From assembly GCA_036398735.1 (NCBI GenBank), contig DASWON010000221.1:1-56907 (forward strand): 56,907 nucleotides of DNA. The letters are read 5' to 3'. The position numbers were made by a program, and so were the translations under genes. A model generated the notes under the pieces. The model was not told the DNA's origin, did not search any database, and saw only the letters and a program-made list of their open reading frames with translations. Positions 45,507 through 55,212 of the stretch are shown here, piece after piece; the first letter of the stretch is position 1, and each line of letters opens with the position of its first letter. The stretch comes from Rhodopila sp. GTDB lineage: Bacteria; Pseudomonadota; Alphaproteobacteria; Acetobacterales; Acetobacteraceae.

Positions 45507-45689
45507 GTCGCCGGCTGGCGCGCCTTGGGGCCAAGGCGCGGCCGCGACCTGCGGGGCGTCGGGCGGCCAGGGGGAATCCTGGTGCATCGGCCGTTTCCTC
45601 TCTTTTCCGGCGGGCGGAGTATGGCGAAGCCACGCGAGGCGCGCCATCTTTGGCAATAGCCAACTTGGGCATGTCAGAAGGAAACGACC

Positions 45690-46001
45690 ATGGCCGCACC
45701 TGAATTCGACATCCACACCCGAACTGAACTGGAGGCCGCCGCCTTTCGCCGCCTGGTGGGGCATCTGCGTGAACGCACGGATGTGCAGAACATCGACCTG
45801 ATGAATCTGGCCGGGTTCTGCCGGAATTGTCTGAGCCGTTGGTATCGTGAGGAAGCCGCGACCAAGGGCATCACGATTGCCGATCCCGATGCGCGCGAAA
45901 TCGTTTACGGCATGCCGTACAAGGAGTGGCAGGCCAAGTACCAGGTCGAGGCATCGCCGGAACAGAAGGCTGCCATGGCGAAGGCGCATCCGGGGCACTG
46001 A
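45690..46001 (+). CDS. DUF1244 family protein
   Basis: ELEAAAFRRL..HL..RTDVQNIDLMNLAGFCRNCL. Confidence 0.88.
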   Translation: MAAPEFDIHTRTELEAAAFRRLVGHLRERTDVQNIDLMNLAGFCRNCLSRWYREEAATKGITIADPDAREIVYGMPYKEWQAKYQVEASPEQKAAMAKAHPGH

Positions 46002-46526
46002 GCGCCGGCGCGCTCCCCCCTGTTGCCGCTCCCCGCTGTTGCCGCTCGCAGGTGGGTGGCCCTCGGGTCGGCTGAGGGCTTGTCGCGGGTCTTCGAGGCA
46101 TCGCGGTTGCTGGCGACCTGTCGCGGGCCGCTGACGGCAGCGCGCCGTTCCGGGCGGCCCCGCTGGCCGTGGTGGATGTCCGGTGCATTGCCGGCTCCCA
46201 TCAGGACCGCTCCGTCAGGGTCGAACCAGGATGGCGCCGAACGGGTGAGGCGTTGCAGCGCGGGTCGCCGGGCGTTCCGCGGGCAGGTACGGATCGTTGC
46301 GGCGCAGCGGCGGGTCGGCTCCTGGCTTCCCGCCGGACCCGTTGCGGCGGTGGTTGCCGGGTCAGGCCGCGGCATCCTGCCGAAGGTCGCGGCATTCCCT
46401 CTGAGGCCCGCGATTGCCGCAGAATTTGGTTTCAGCCCCTTACCTGGTCGCCGGTCGTTTCCCGGTTGACCGCGACGCCCCCCAAAGCTATCCCCGCCCG
46501 CCCTGCTACAGCGGAGATGACGATAG

Positions 46527-46793
46527 ATGGCGAAGCCGGTAAGCGAGGAAGAGATCAAGTCCGGCGGAGTCGCGGTCGACCGTCTGCGCAGCCTGGTGGA
46601 GCGCATCGAGCGGCTCGAGGAAGAGCGCAAGGCGCTGTCCAACGACATCAAGGATATCTACGCCGAAGCGAAATCCGCCGGTTTCGACGTCAAGGTGCTG
46701 CGTCAGCTCATTCGTATCCGCAAGCAGGAGGCGGCCGAGGTGGAGGAGCAGGAGACGATGCTCGACATCTATCGCCGCGCGCTCGGGATGTAG
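46527..46793 (+). CDS. gapR: DUF2312 / GapR nucleoid-associated protein
   Basis: LRSLVERIERLEEERK..DIKDIYAEAK..GFDVK. Confidence 0.88.
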   Translation: MAKPVSEEEIKSGGVAVDRLRSLVERIERLEEERKALSNDIKDIYAEAKSAGFDVKVLRQLIRIRKQEAAEVEEQETMLDIYRRALGM

Positions 46794-46843
46794 CCTCGGG
46801 CGGGCCTGGTCTGGGTCCCAGGCCGGGCGTGGCCAACCCCCGT

Positions 46844-47143
46844 GTCGTCACCGGGCGTCCGCCCGTGGTCCTGTGCATCACCCGGCCCCGGGGCCTGCTT
46901 CTGTGACCGCCAGGCTTTCGACCTGCTCTCGGGTCGTCACCGGGGTTCCGCCCGTGCTTCTGTGCATCACCTAGCTCCGGCCCTGCATCTGTGTGATCGG
47001 CCAAGCTTCCGAGCTGCTCTCGGGCCGTCACCGGCCGTCCGCCCGTGCTCCTGTGCCTCAACCGGCTCCCGCGCGGTGACCCACGTCTTGGACTTTGAAC
47101 ATACCGCAAGTCGTGGGTGGCCGGTCCAGGCCGGTGATGACAC
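46844..47143. repeat. Tandem repeat of ~90 bp (2.5 copies) ending in a REP-like element
   Basis: Units start at 46844, 46933 and 47024 (G.CGTCACCGG...TCCGCCCGTG...CTGTGC.TCA). They are followed by GTGACCCACG...GTCGTGGGTGGCCGG...CCGGTGATGACAC. Confidence 0.8.
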
Positions 47144-47267
47144 GAGAGACGAGTCGTACCATCCAGTCAGGACGAAGCCACCCTGGTCGCTTTCATGCGC
47201 AGCCGCTGCACCACGCGTGCGCGACCAAGCCTGCGCGCATACCCATCAGCGGCACCCCAGACTGGTA

Positions 47268-48200
47268 TTACAGCGAGATTTTCAGAAACGCCCCCAGCTC
47301 GCCGATGATGCCGCGGCGGAACGCCAGCACGCAGATGATGAAGATCACGCCTTGGGTTACCGTCACCCAGGCGCCGAACTGCGCCAGGTAGTTTTCCATC
47401 GACGTCACCACCAGTGCCCCCATTGCCGGGCCGAACACAGTGCCGAGGCCCCCCAGCAGCGTGGTCAGCACGACTTCGCCCGAGGTCGAGTAATGCACGT
47501 CGGTCAGCGTGGCGATGCCGAACACCAGCGCCTTGGTGCCGCCGGCGATGCCGGCGATCATGCAGGACAGCACGAACGCGATCAGCTTGTAGTCGTCGGT
47601 CCGATAGCCCAGCGACGTGGCCCGCGGCTCATTCTCGCGGATGCCCTTCAGCACCTGGCCGAACGGCGAGTGGATGATCCGATGGACCAGCAGGAACCCG
47701 GCCAGGAACACCGCCGACACGACCCAGTACATCGTCATGTCGTTGGACAGGTCGATGAAGCCGAACACGTGACCGCGCGGCACCTGCTGGATACCGTCCT
47801 CGCCGCCCGTGAATGGTGCCTCCAGGCAGAAGAAATAGACCATCTGCGACAGCGCCAGGGTGATCATCGCGAAGTAAATGCCGGACCGGCGGATCGCCAG
47901 GTAGCCCAGGACAAGTCCCAGTGCCGCTCCGGTCAGTCCGCCAAAGATGATCGCGACGGAGGCGTCCACGTGCCAGTGTTTCATCGTCCAGGCGGCGACG
48001 TAGCTGCCCATGCCGAAGAACGCGGCATGGCCGAACGACAGCAGCCCGACGTAGCCGATGATCAGGTTGAACGCACAGGCGAACAGCGCCGCGCACAGCA
48101 CCCGCATCAGAAACACCGGGTACAGCACGTACGGGCAGACCGCGATCAGCACCACCATCACCACGAAGGCGATGGACTGAGCGCGCGAAAATCCAAACAT
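47268..48200 (-). CDS. livM: Branched-chain amino acid-type ABC permease, LivM-like
   Basis: GYVGLLSFGHAAFFG, GIYFAMITLA, TGGEDG, SPFG...IRENE and GGLGT..G motifs. Confidence 0.88.
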   Translation of the reverse strand: MFGFSRAQSIAFVVMVVLIAVCPYVLYPVFLMRVLCAALFACAFNLIIGYVGLLSFGHAAFFGMGSYVAAWTMKHWHVDASVAIIFGGLTGAALGLVLGYLAIRRSGIYFAMITLALSQMVYFFCLEAPFTGGEDGIQQVPRGHVFGFIDLSNDMTMYWVVSAVFLAGFLLVHRIIHSPFGQVLKGIRENEPRATSLGYRTDDYKLIAFVLSCMIAGIAGGTKALVFGIATLTDVHYSTSGEVVLTTLLGGLGTVFGPAMGALVVTSMENYLAQFGAWVTVTQGVIFIICVLAFRRGIIGELGAFLKISL

Positions 48201-48201
48201 C

Positions 48202-49089
48202 TCAGGCAGCCTTTCCAAAGAGGCCGCGCGGCCTGATGAGCAATACGATCACCATGACGAGGAACACCACGGTGGCCGATGCCTGCGGATAGAACACCTT
48301 GGTCAGGCCCTCGATCACGCCCAGGCCGAAGCCGGTGATGATCGACCCCATGATCGACCCCATGCCGCCGATCACCACCACGGCGAACACCGTGTTGATG
48401 AAGTTGCTGCCCATGTTCGGGTTCACCGAGTAGATCGGCGCTGCGAGCACGCCCGCGAACGCCGCGAGCGCCACGCCGCCGGCATAGGTCAGGGTGATCA
48501 GCCGTGGCACGTTGACGCCGAACGCCTGCACCAGCGGGGCGTTTTCCGTGGCCGCCCGCAGCGTGGCGCCAAGCGGGGTCTTCTCGATGATCGCCCAGGT
48601 CGCGATGCAGACCACCAGCGCCGCGACAACGACCCAGCCGCGGTAATTCGGCATGTACATGAAGCCGAGGTTGGTGGCGCCCTGCAGAATGTTTGGGATA
48701 CGGTACGGCATGCCGGAGCTGCCGTAGGCGTTGCGGAACAGGCCCTCGATCACCAGCGAAAGCCCGAAGGTCAGCAGCAGGCCATACAGATGGTCCAGCT
48801 TATACAGCCGACTGATGATGGTCTTCTCCAGGATGATCCCGAAGATGCCGACCAGCAGCGGGGCCAGGATCAGCGCCGGGAAGTAGCCGATACCCAGATA
48901 GTTCAGCAGCATCCACGACGCGAACGCACCCATCATGAACAATGAGCCGTGGGCGAAGTTGATGATATTGAGCATGCCGAAGATCACCGCCAGCCCCAGC
49001 GAAAGCATCGCGTAGAAGGCGCCGTTGATCAGCCCGAGCAGCAGCTGTCCGAACAGCAGCGGCCCAGGAATACCGAAGATCATGATCAT
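48202..49089 (-). CDS. livH: Branched-chain amino acid-type ABC permease, LivH-like
   Basis: GLAVIFGMLNIINFAHG, LRAATEN, VIGGMGSI and RPRGLFG motifs. Confidence 0.88.
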   Translation of the reverse strand: MIMIFGIPGPLLFGQLLLGLINGAFYAMLSLGLAVIFGMLNIINFAHGSLFMMGAFASWMLLNYLGIGYFPALILAPLLVGIFGIILEKTIISRLYKLDHLYGLLLTFGLSLVIEGLFRNAYGSSGMPYRIPNILQGATNLGFMYMPNYRGWVVVAALVVCIATWAIIEKTPLGATLRAATENAPLVQAFGVNVPRLITLTYAGGVALAAFAGVLAAPIYSVNPNMGSNFINTVFAVVVIGGMGSIMGSIITGFGLGVIEGLTKVFYPQASATVVFLVMVIVLLIRPRGLFGKAA

Positions 49090-49147
49090 GGCAGTCGCAT
49101 CATCCTTGTTCCCCCTTGGCGCATCTCCGGCCGCCGTGCTTGCTATG

Positions 49148-50404
49148 TCAGGTCTTGATAAATGAGCAGTGGCCGTCGGCCAGCGGGCGCCAGGCTTCGT
49201 CTGCCGGCGTCGTCACCTTCAGCTTGTAGTAGTCCCACGGGCCCTTGCTTTCGGCCGGCGTCTTCACCTCGAACAGGTAGGAGGCGACCATGTTGCGGCC
49301 GTCCTCGCGGATCTTGCTGGTGCCGAAGCAGTCGTCCTCGACCGGCATCGCCTTCATGCGGCTGACCGTCGCGACGCCGTCCTTCTTGGCCTCGGCGGCG
49401 CCCATATCGGCGACCGCCTTGAGGTAGTGCAGCGCGGCGGAATAGCAGCCGGCGTGAATCATGTTCGGATAGTTGTTCGGCGTCTTCGGCAGCACCCGCT
49501 TGGTGAATGCCCGGGTCTTGTCGTTCATGTCCCAATAGAAGCTCTCGGTCAGGTTCAGGCCGCCCGCGGTGTCCAGCCCGAGTGCATGCACATCGTTGAT
49601 GAACATCAACAGCGCGGCAATCTGCATCGAGCCGTTGAGACCGAATTCATGCGCCTGCTTGATCGAGTTGACGGTGTCGCCGCCGGCATTCGCCAGCCCG
49701 AGAACCTTGGCGCCGCTGGCCTGCGCCTGCACCAGGAAGGACGAGAAGTCCGTAGTGCCGGGGAACGGGTAGGGCGCGGCTCCGAGCACTTTGCCACCCG
49801 CGGCCTTGACCAGGGTCGACGTATCGTCCTGCAGTTGCTTGCCGAACGCGTAGTCGGCGGTGAGGAAGTACCACGAGTCGCCGCCGGCCTTCACCATGGC
49901 ACCACCGGTGGACTTCGACAGCATGTAGGTGTCGTAGCACCAGTGGACGAAGTTCGGTGAACACTGTGAGCCGGTCAGCGCCGATGAGGCAGCGCCGGCG
50001 TTGAGATAGACCTTGTTTTTCTCGCGGCACACCGACTGCAGCGCCAGCGCCACCGAGGATGTCGGCACATCCAGCAACATGTCGACACCGTCGCGGTCGA
50101 ACCACTGGCGGGTGATGGAGACCGCGAGATCCGGCTTGTTCTGGTGATCGGCCGAAATCACCTCGACCTTGAGCCCCTTGGCGGCAACGCCGAAATCCTC
50201 CAGGGCCTGTTTGGCGCAGACTACCGAGGTGACGCCGCCGGTGTTGGTGTATGGCCCGGACTGGTCATTGAGTACGCCGATCTTGATCGTCGGAGCCTGC
50301 GCCCGGGCCGGCCGCCAGAGCGGTGCCCCGACCAGCGGCGCCGCAGCCGGCAGCGCAGCAGCCGCGGCTGCCGTCTTGAGGGCAGAACGACGTGTCAGAG
50401 TCAT
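49148..50404 (-). CDS. Liv-family substrate-binding protein (Tat signal), copy 2
   Basis: TRR signal, IKIGVLNDQSG, ADHQNKPD and TADYAFG motifs. Confidence 0.9.
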   Translation of the reverse strand: MTLTRRSALKTAAAAAALPAAAPLVGAPLWRPARAQAPTIKIGVLNDQSGPYTNTGGVTSVVCAKQALEDFGVAAKGLKVEVISADHQNKPDLAVSITRQWFDRDGVDMLLDVPTSSVALALQSVCREKNKVYLNAGAASSALTGSQCSPNFVHWCYDTYMLSKSTGGAMVKAGGDSWYFLTADYAFGKQLQDDTSTLVKAAGGKVLGAAPYPFPGTTDFSSFLVQAQASGAKVLGLANAGGDTVNSIKQAHEFGLNGSMQIAALLMFINDVHALGLDTAGGLNLTESFYWDMNDKTRAFTKRVLPKTPNNYPNMIHAGCYSAALHYLKAVADMGAAEAKKDGVATVSRMKAMPVEDDCFGTSKIREDGRNMVASYLFEVKTPAESKGPWDYYKLKVTTPADEAWRPLADGHCSFIKT

Positions 50405-50413
50405 TGAAAACTC

Positions 50414-51640
50414 CTATGATTTCACGAGCGAGCAGCCGCCGTCGCCGAGCGGGCGGAACGCCTTGTCGGCCGGCGTTGAGGCGAGCGGCTTGTAGTAGTC
50501 CCAGGGCCCCTTGCTCTCCGACGGCTTCTTGACTTCCCACAGATAGGACGGGTGGATCTTGCGGCCGTCCATCCGGATGGACCCTGGCCCGAAACAGTCG
50601 TCTTCCGTCGGCATCGCCTTCATGCGCGCGACCGTAGTCGCACCGTCCTGCTTTGCCTGATCGACACCCATCGCGGCCGCGGTCTTGAGGTAGTGCAGGG
50701 TCGAGGAATAGACCCCGGCGTGCACCATGGTCGGGCGCACGCCCTTCAGGTTGGCGGTGAAGCGGTCCGAGAAAGCGCGCGCGCGGTCGTTCATGTCCCA
50801 GTAGAAACTGTCAGTCAGGGCGATGCCCTGGGCAGTCTCCAGCCCCAGCGAGTGCACGTCGCTGATGAACAGCAGCAGTCCGGCCAGCTGCATCTTGATG
50901 CCGAATTCCTTCGCCTGCTTGATCGTGTTGATCGTGTCAGCGCCGGCGTTGGCGATGCCGAGGACCTTGGCGCCGCTCGATTGGGCCTGCAGCAGGTAGG
51001 AGGAGAAGTCGCTGGTGCCCGGGAACGGATAGGTCACGCCGCCGAGCACCTTGCCGTTGGCGGCGGCGATGAACCCGGTAGTGTCACGCTGCAGCGCCTT
51101 GCCGAACGCATAATCGGCGGTGATGAAGAACCAGGTATCGCCCCCGGCCTGCACCATCGCCCCGCCGGTGGACCGCGCGAGCATGTAGGTGTCGTAGACC
51201 CAGTGGATCGTATTGGCGTTGCAGGCGCTGCCGGTCAGGTCCGAGGTTGCGGCGCCGGAATTGAGGTAGACCTTGTTCTTCTCTTTGGCGACGCCGGCGA
51301 CGGCCAGCGCGACGCCGGAATTGGCCACCTCGACGATCACGTCCACGCCGTCGCGATCGAACCACTGGCGCGCGGTGGTGGCTCCGACATCGGGCTTGTT
51401 GAGATGGTCGGCCACCAGGACCTCGACATTGAAACCCTTGGCGGCGAACTCGGTCATGGCCTGGCGCGCCGCGACGACAGCGCCGGGCCCGGCCAGGTCC
51501 TTGTAGGGGCCGGACATATCGGTGAGGCAGCCGATCTTCAGGGTCGTCGCCGCCCGCGCGCGGCCGGAGCGTAGCAGCGCGGTCGCGGCGGCGCCCGAAG
51601 CGAGTCCGCCCAGCGTAACGGTCCGGCGCGTGAGTTTCAT
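50414..51640 (-). CDS. Liv-family substrate-binding protein (Tat signal), copy 1
   Basis: MKLTRR signal, LKIGCLTDMSG, ADHLNKPD and TADYAFG motifs. Confidence 0.9.
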   Translation of the reverse strand: MKLTRRTVTLGGLASGAAATALLRSGRARAATTLKIGCLTDMSGPYKDLAGPGAVVAARQAMTEFAAKGFNVEVLVADHLNKPDVGATTARQWFDRDGVDVIVEVANSGVALAVAGVAKEKNKVYLNSGAATSDLTGSACNANTIHWVYDTYMLARSTGGAMVQAGGDTWFFITADYAFGKALQRDTTGFIAAANGKVLGGVTYPFPGTSDFSSYLLQAQSSGAKVLGIANAGADTINTIKQAKEFGIKMQLAGLLLFISDVHSLGLETAQGIALTDSFYWDMNDRARAFSDRFTANLKGVRPTMVHAGVYSSTLHYLKTAAAMGVDQAKQDGATTVARMKAMPTEDDCFGPGSIRMDGRKIHPSYLWEVKKPSESKGPWDYYKPLASTPADKAFRPLGDGGCSLVKS

Positions 51641-51769
51641 GACCTCGTCCTCTCCGAAGCCTTTTCGCAGGCGCTTCGGTTTTCCTTGCCGAACAGGGTG
51701 ACGGGCGGTCCGGCGTCGCCGTTGCATGTCAGTCAAGACGACCGGGGTCGCCGTCGAGCGGCACGGCAA

Positions 51770-52465
51770 TCAGACGCCCAGGTATTCGTGCAGCTTGTCC
51801 ATGCTGGATTCGAGCAGGTGGTTGGGGATCATGTCCACGATCTTGCCGTGTTCCATGACGTAGTGGCGGTCCGCGACGGTGGCGGCGAAGCGGAAATTCT
51901 GCTCCACCAGCAGCACGGTGAAGCCGCGGTTCTTGATCTCGCGGATGGTGCGGCCGATCTGCTGCACGATGACCGGTGCCAGACCCTCGGTCGGTTCGTC
52001 CAGCAGCAGCATCTTGGCGCCGGTGCGCAGGATGCGGCCAATCGCCAGCATCTGCTGCTCGCCGCCCGAAAGTTTCGTGCCGTGCGCGGTCTTGGCGCGC
52101 TCTTTGAGGTTGGGGAACAGCGTGTAGATCTCATCGACCGTCAGGCCGCCCGGCGCCACGACCGGCGGCAGCATCAGGTTCTCGGTCACCGACAGCGAGC
52201 CGAAGATGCCGCGTTCCTCCGGGCAGATGGCGATGCCGGCTTTCGCGATCTCGTTCGGCATCAGCCCGACCATCTCGGCGCCGCGGAACTTCACGTGGCC
52301 CTCGCGGCGTGGCACCAGGCCCATGATCGACTTCATCGTCGTGGTCTTGCCGGCGCCGTTGCGGCCAAGCAGCGTCACCACCTCGCCTTCGCGCACCTCG
52401 AAATCCACGCCGTGCAGGATGTGGCTTTCGCCGTACCAGGCGTTCAGAGCGCTGACTTCAAGCAT
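51770..52465 (-). CDS. livF: ABC ATPase, LivF-like
   Basis: GRNGAGKTT, LSGGEQQM, LLLDEP and LVEQN motifs. ATG overlaps the livG end. Confidence 0.9.
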   Translation of the reverse strand: MLEVSALNAWYGESHILHGVDFEVREGEVVTLLGRNGAGKTTTMKSIMGLVPRREGHVKFRGAEMVGLMPNEIAKAGIAICPEERGIFGSLSVTENLMLPPVVAPGGLTVDEIYTLFPNLKERAKTAHGTKLSGGEQQMLAIGRILRTGAKMLLLDEPTEGLAPVIVQQIGRTIREIKNRGFTVLLVEQNFRFAATVADRHYVMEHGKIVDMIPNHLLESSMDKLHEYLGV

Positions 52466-53210
52466 CGGCGGTTCCCAGATAGGCGGCAATCACTTCGGGG
52501 TTCTTCGACACCGTGTCGTATGTGCCCTCAGCCAGGATCTTGCCGCGCGTGAGCACGGTGATCTTGTCGCAGAGCCCTTCGACGACCGACAGGTTGTGCT
52601 CCACCATCAGGATGGTGCGGCCGTCGCGGATGCGCCGGATCAGCTCGACGATGCGGTCCACGTCACCATGCGCCATACCGGCGGTGGGCTCATCGAGCAG
52701 CATCATCTGGGGGTCGAGCGCCAGCGTCGTGGCGATTTCGAGCGCGCGCTTGAGGCCGTACGAGAGGTCGGCGACGACGCTCTCGGCGAAGCTGGACAGG
52801 CCGACGTCGAACAGCAGTTCATGCGCCCGGTCGTCATAGACCCGCAGCGCCTTCTCGGACCGCCAGAAATCGAAGCTGGCGCAACGCGCACGCTGCAGTG
52901 CCAGGCGGACGTTCTCCAGCGCAGTCAGGTGCGGGAAAACTGCCGAGATTTGGAAGCTGCGGACCAGGCCGAGCCTCGCGACCATGGCGGGCTTCATGCC
53001 GGTGATATCGCGGCCTTTGAATTTGATCCGGCCGCGTGTGGGCGGCAGGAAGGAGGTCAGCAAGTTGAAGCACGTTGTCTTGCCGGCGCCGTTGGGACCG
53101 ATCAAGGCATGGATCGTACCCTCGTCAACGCGCAGTGAGACGCCATCGACGGCCAGGAAGCCGCCGAATTCGCGTGTTAGCCCTTCTGTCTCCAGGATGG
53201 TGTCTGTCAC
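52458..53210 (-). CDS. livG: ABC ATPase, LivG-like
   Basis: GPNGAGKTT, LLDEPTAG, VEHN and AYLG motifs. GTG start with a GAGGAG RBS. Confidence 0.9.
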   Translation of the reverse strand: MTDTILETEGLTREFGGFLAVDGVSLRVDEGTIHALIGPNGAGKTTCFNLLTSFLPPTRGRIKFKGRDITGMKPAMVARLGLVRSFQISAVFPHLTALENVRLALQRARCASFDFWRSEKALRVYDDRAHELLFDVGLSSFAESVVADLSYGLKRALEIATTLALDPQMMLLDEPTAGMAHGDVDRIVELIRRIRDGRTILMVEHNLSVVEGLCDKITVLTRGKILAEGTYDTVSKNPEVIAAYLGTADA

Positions 53211-53256
53211 CCCCGGACGTCTCCTCGTTGGAATTAGTGCAAGTGTGCGGCGCGTT

Positions 53257-53273
53257 TTGCATATACCGTGCCC
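53257..53273 (-). promoter_or_regulatory. Candidate sigma54 (-24/-12) promoter of the liv operon
   Basis: The minus strand reads GGGCACGGTATATGCAA (GG-N10-GC), about 47 bp upstream of livG. Confidence 0.45.
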
Positions 53274-53648
53274 TGGTGCAAGGCCGACTTCCGTCCCAAT
53301 TGCCGCAAATGGTCGAATTGAGCGGGCGTGCTCTGTTTCGGTGCAGATAGCGACGGCGTCGAGGCGGACCCGGATGGGTCGCGCGGACGCTCGACGCCGC
53401 GACAGATCCCGCAGGGTCAGCGACAGGCGGGCGAGTCGTGACCGTCGCCGCCGATCGGCGCTTCGCAGCGTGCTTGGCCTCACCTCGCCGCGCGGTGTCC
53501 TTGGGCCTGGGCGAGGCGGCCTATCGCCGTTACAGATGCCAACCAGATCAACCGGGTGGCTGATCGGATCCGTGGCACCGCCGGCCGGCCGGTCTCCGGC
53601 TCGTGCGGCGGCCCGGGTCCCTGGCGAGGCGTAGCGAGTGTCCGTCTG

Positions 53649-55172
53649 TTGAAATTCCGTTTCTCACGATCATTCCTGTGTCCGCTGGTCGCCGTCGTGG
53701 CTGTGGGCGGGTGCGATGTCGGCCGCGATTACCGGCGTCCGGCGCTGGATTTGCCGGCTGCCTGGCGCGCGACCCCGCAGACCGCGGCCGCGGCGTGGCC
53801 TGCTACGGACTGGTGGCGCGGGTTCCGGTCAGTCGAGCTGAACGCGTTGATCGAAGCCGCGCGCGCACGCAATTTCGACATCGCGGCCGCCGTCGCGAGG
53901 GTCCGCCAGGCGGATGCGCAGGTGCGAATCGCCGGGGCACCGCTGCTGCCGGACATTAGCGGCAATGCGAGTTCGAACTGGCAGCATGAGGGCCTGGGCA
54001 CCGGCAGCAGCAGCCGGCTGGGCAGCAACGTGTTCGGCGGCTCGAATTCCAGTATCGACTTTCGCAGCTACGGGGTCGGGCTGAGCGCCAGCTACGAGCT
54101 GGATTTCTGGGGCCGCAACCGCGCCGCCCGGCAGTCGGCTGTGGCGTCGGCGATGTTCAGCCGCTTCGACCAGCAGACCGTCGCGCTGACGGTCGTCACC
54201 GATGTCGCCAACACCTGGTTCACCGCCCTGTCGCTGGTCGATCGCCTTGCCGTCGCGCGCCGCAACCTGGCCGACGCGGAACAGACCCTGGCGGTGGTTC
54301 GCGGCCGCTTCGACGTGGGCACCGCCAGCCAACTCGATGTCGCGCAGCAGGAATCGCTGGTGGCCGGCGAGCGTGCCCTCATTCCCAATTTCGTCAGTCA
54401 GTTGGAGCAGGAAATAATTGCGCTTGGCATTCTCACCGGTCAGCCGCCGGAGCGGGTGCAGGTGCGGCCCGGCACCCTGACCGAACTGGAGCTGCCGCTC
54501 GTCGCACCTGGCCTGCCGTCGGAACTGCTGACGCGGCGACCGGACGTCGCCTCGGCCGAGGCGCAGCTCATCGCGAAGAATTTCAGCATCACCGAGGCGC
54601 GGGCGGCGTTCTTTCCCACCATCGAGCTGACCGCCAGCGCCGGATACCAGGCACCGGCACTGAACCGGCTGGTGACGCCGGGCGGGGCGCTGGCGTAGCT
54701 GACCGAAGGGCTGACCCTGCCGATCTTCGACGGTGGGACACTGCGTGGCCAGCTCGATCTGGCAAAGGGCCGGTACGATGAATTGTTGGCGGATTATCGC
54801 AAGGCGGTAGTACAGGCGTTCACAGATGTGGATACGGCGCTGACCGCCTGGCGCTACACGACCGAGCAGGAGCGGCTGCAGCGCGTCGCGGTCGAGACCG
54901 CGCGCCGGGCCGCCACGATCGCTCGGGCGCAGATGGCTGCCGGGACTGTCGATATCACCACGGTGCTGACGGCGGAGACGACTCTGTTCAACGATGAGGA
55001 CACGCTGGTGCAGGTGAGGCTGGCGCGTGCGCAGGCCTTGCTGAACCTGTACAAGGCGCTTGGTGGCGGCTGGGCGGCACCGGATCGTCCGGTCGACCAA
55101 CAGTTTCCTGGCCTGACGCCCGGGCTGCTGCCGGGCGGCGTGGCATTGCCGGTTGGAGGGAACGCCAGATGA
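53649..55172 (+). pseudogene. NodT/OprM-family outer-membrane efflux lipoprotein interrupted by an in-frame TAG at 54696-54698
   Basis: Lipobox VGGC, WWRGF, SYELDFWG and PSELLTRRPDV. After the TAG the same frame continues LTEGLTLPIFDGG...LYKALGGGW to the TGA at 55172. Confidence 0.8.
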
Positions 55173-55212
55173 GGGAAACACCGCCGGTCGCGTCACTCGC
55201 AGGTTGCGCCGC

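Noticed and set aside
46844-47143. CRISPR array (also considered for 22242-22449 and 56534-56603)
   Set aside because: Only 2-3 units, degenerate repeats, similar or absent spacers, and no cas genes.
54696-54698. Pyrrolysine insertion or TAG recoding as the explanation for the OMF stop
   Set aside because: TAG terminates many well-defined genes in this window at their expected ends, and no pyl genes or suppressor tRNA are visible.
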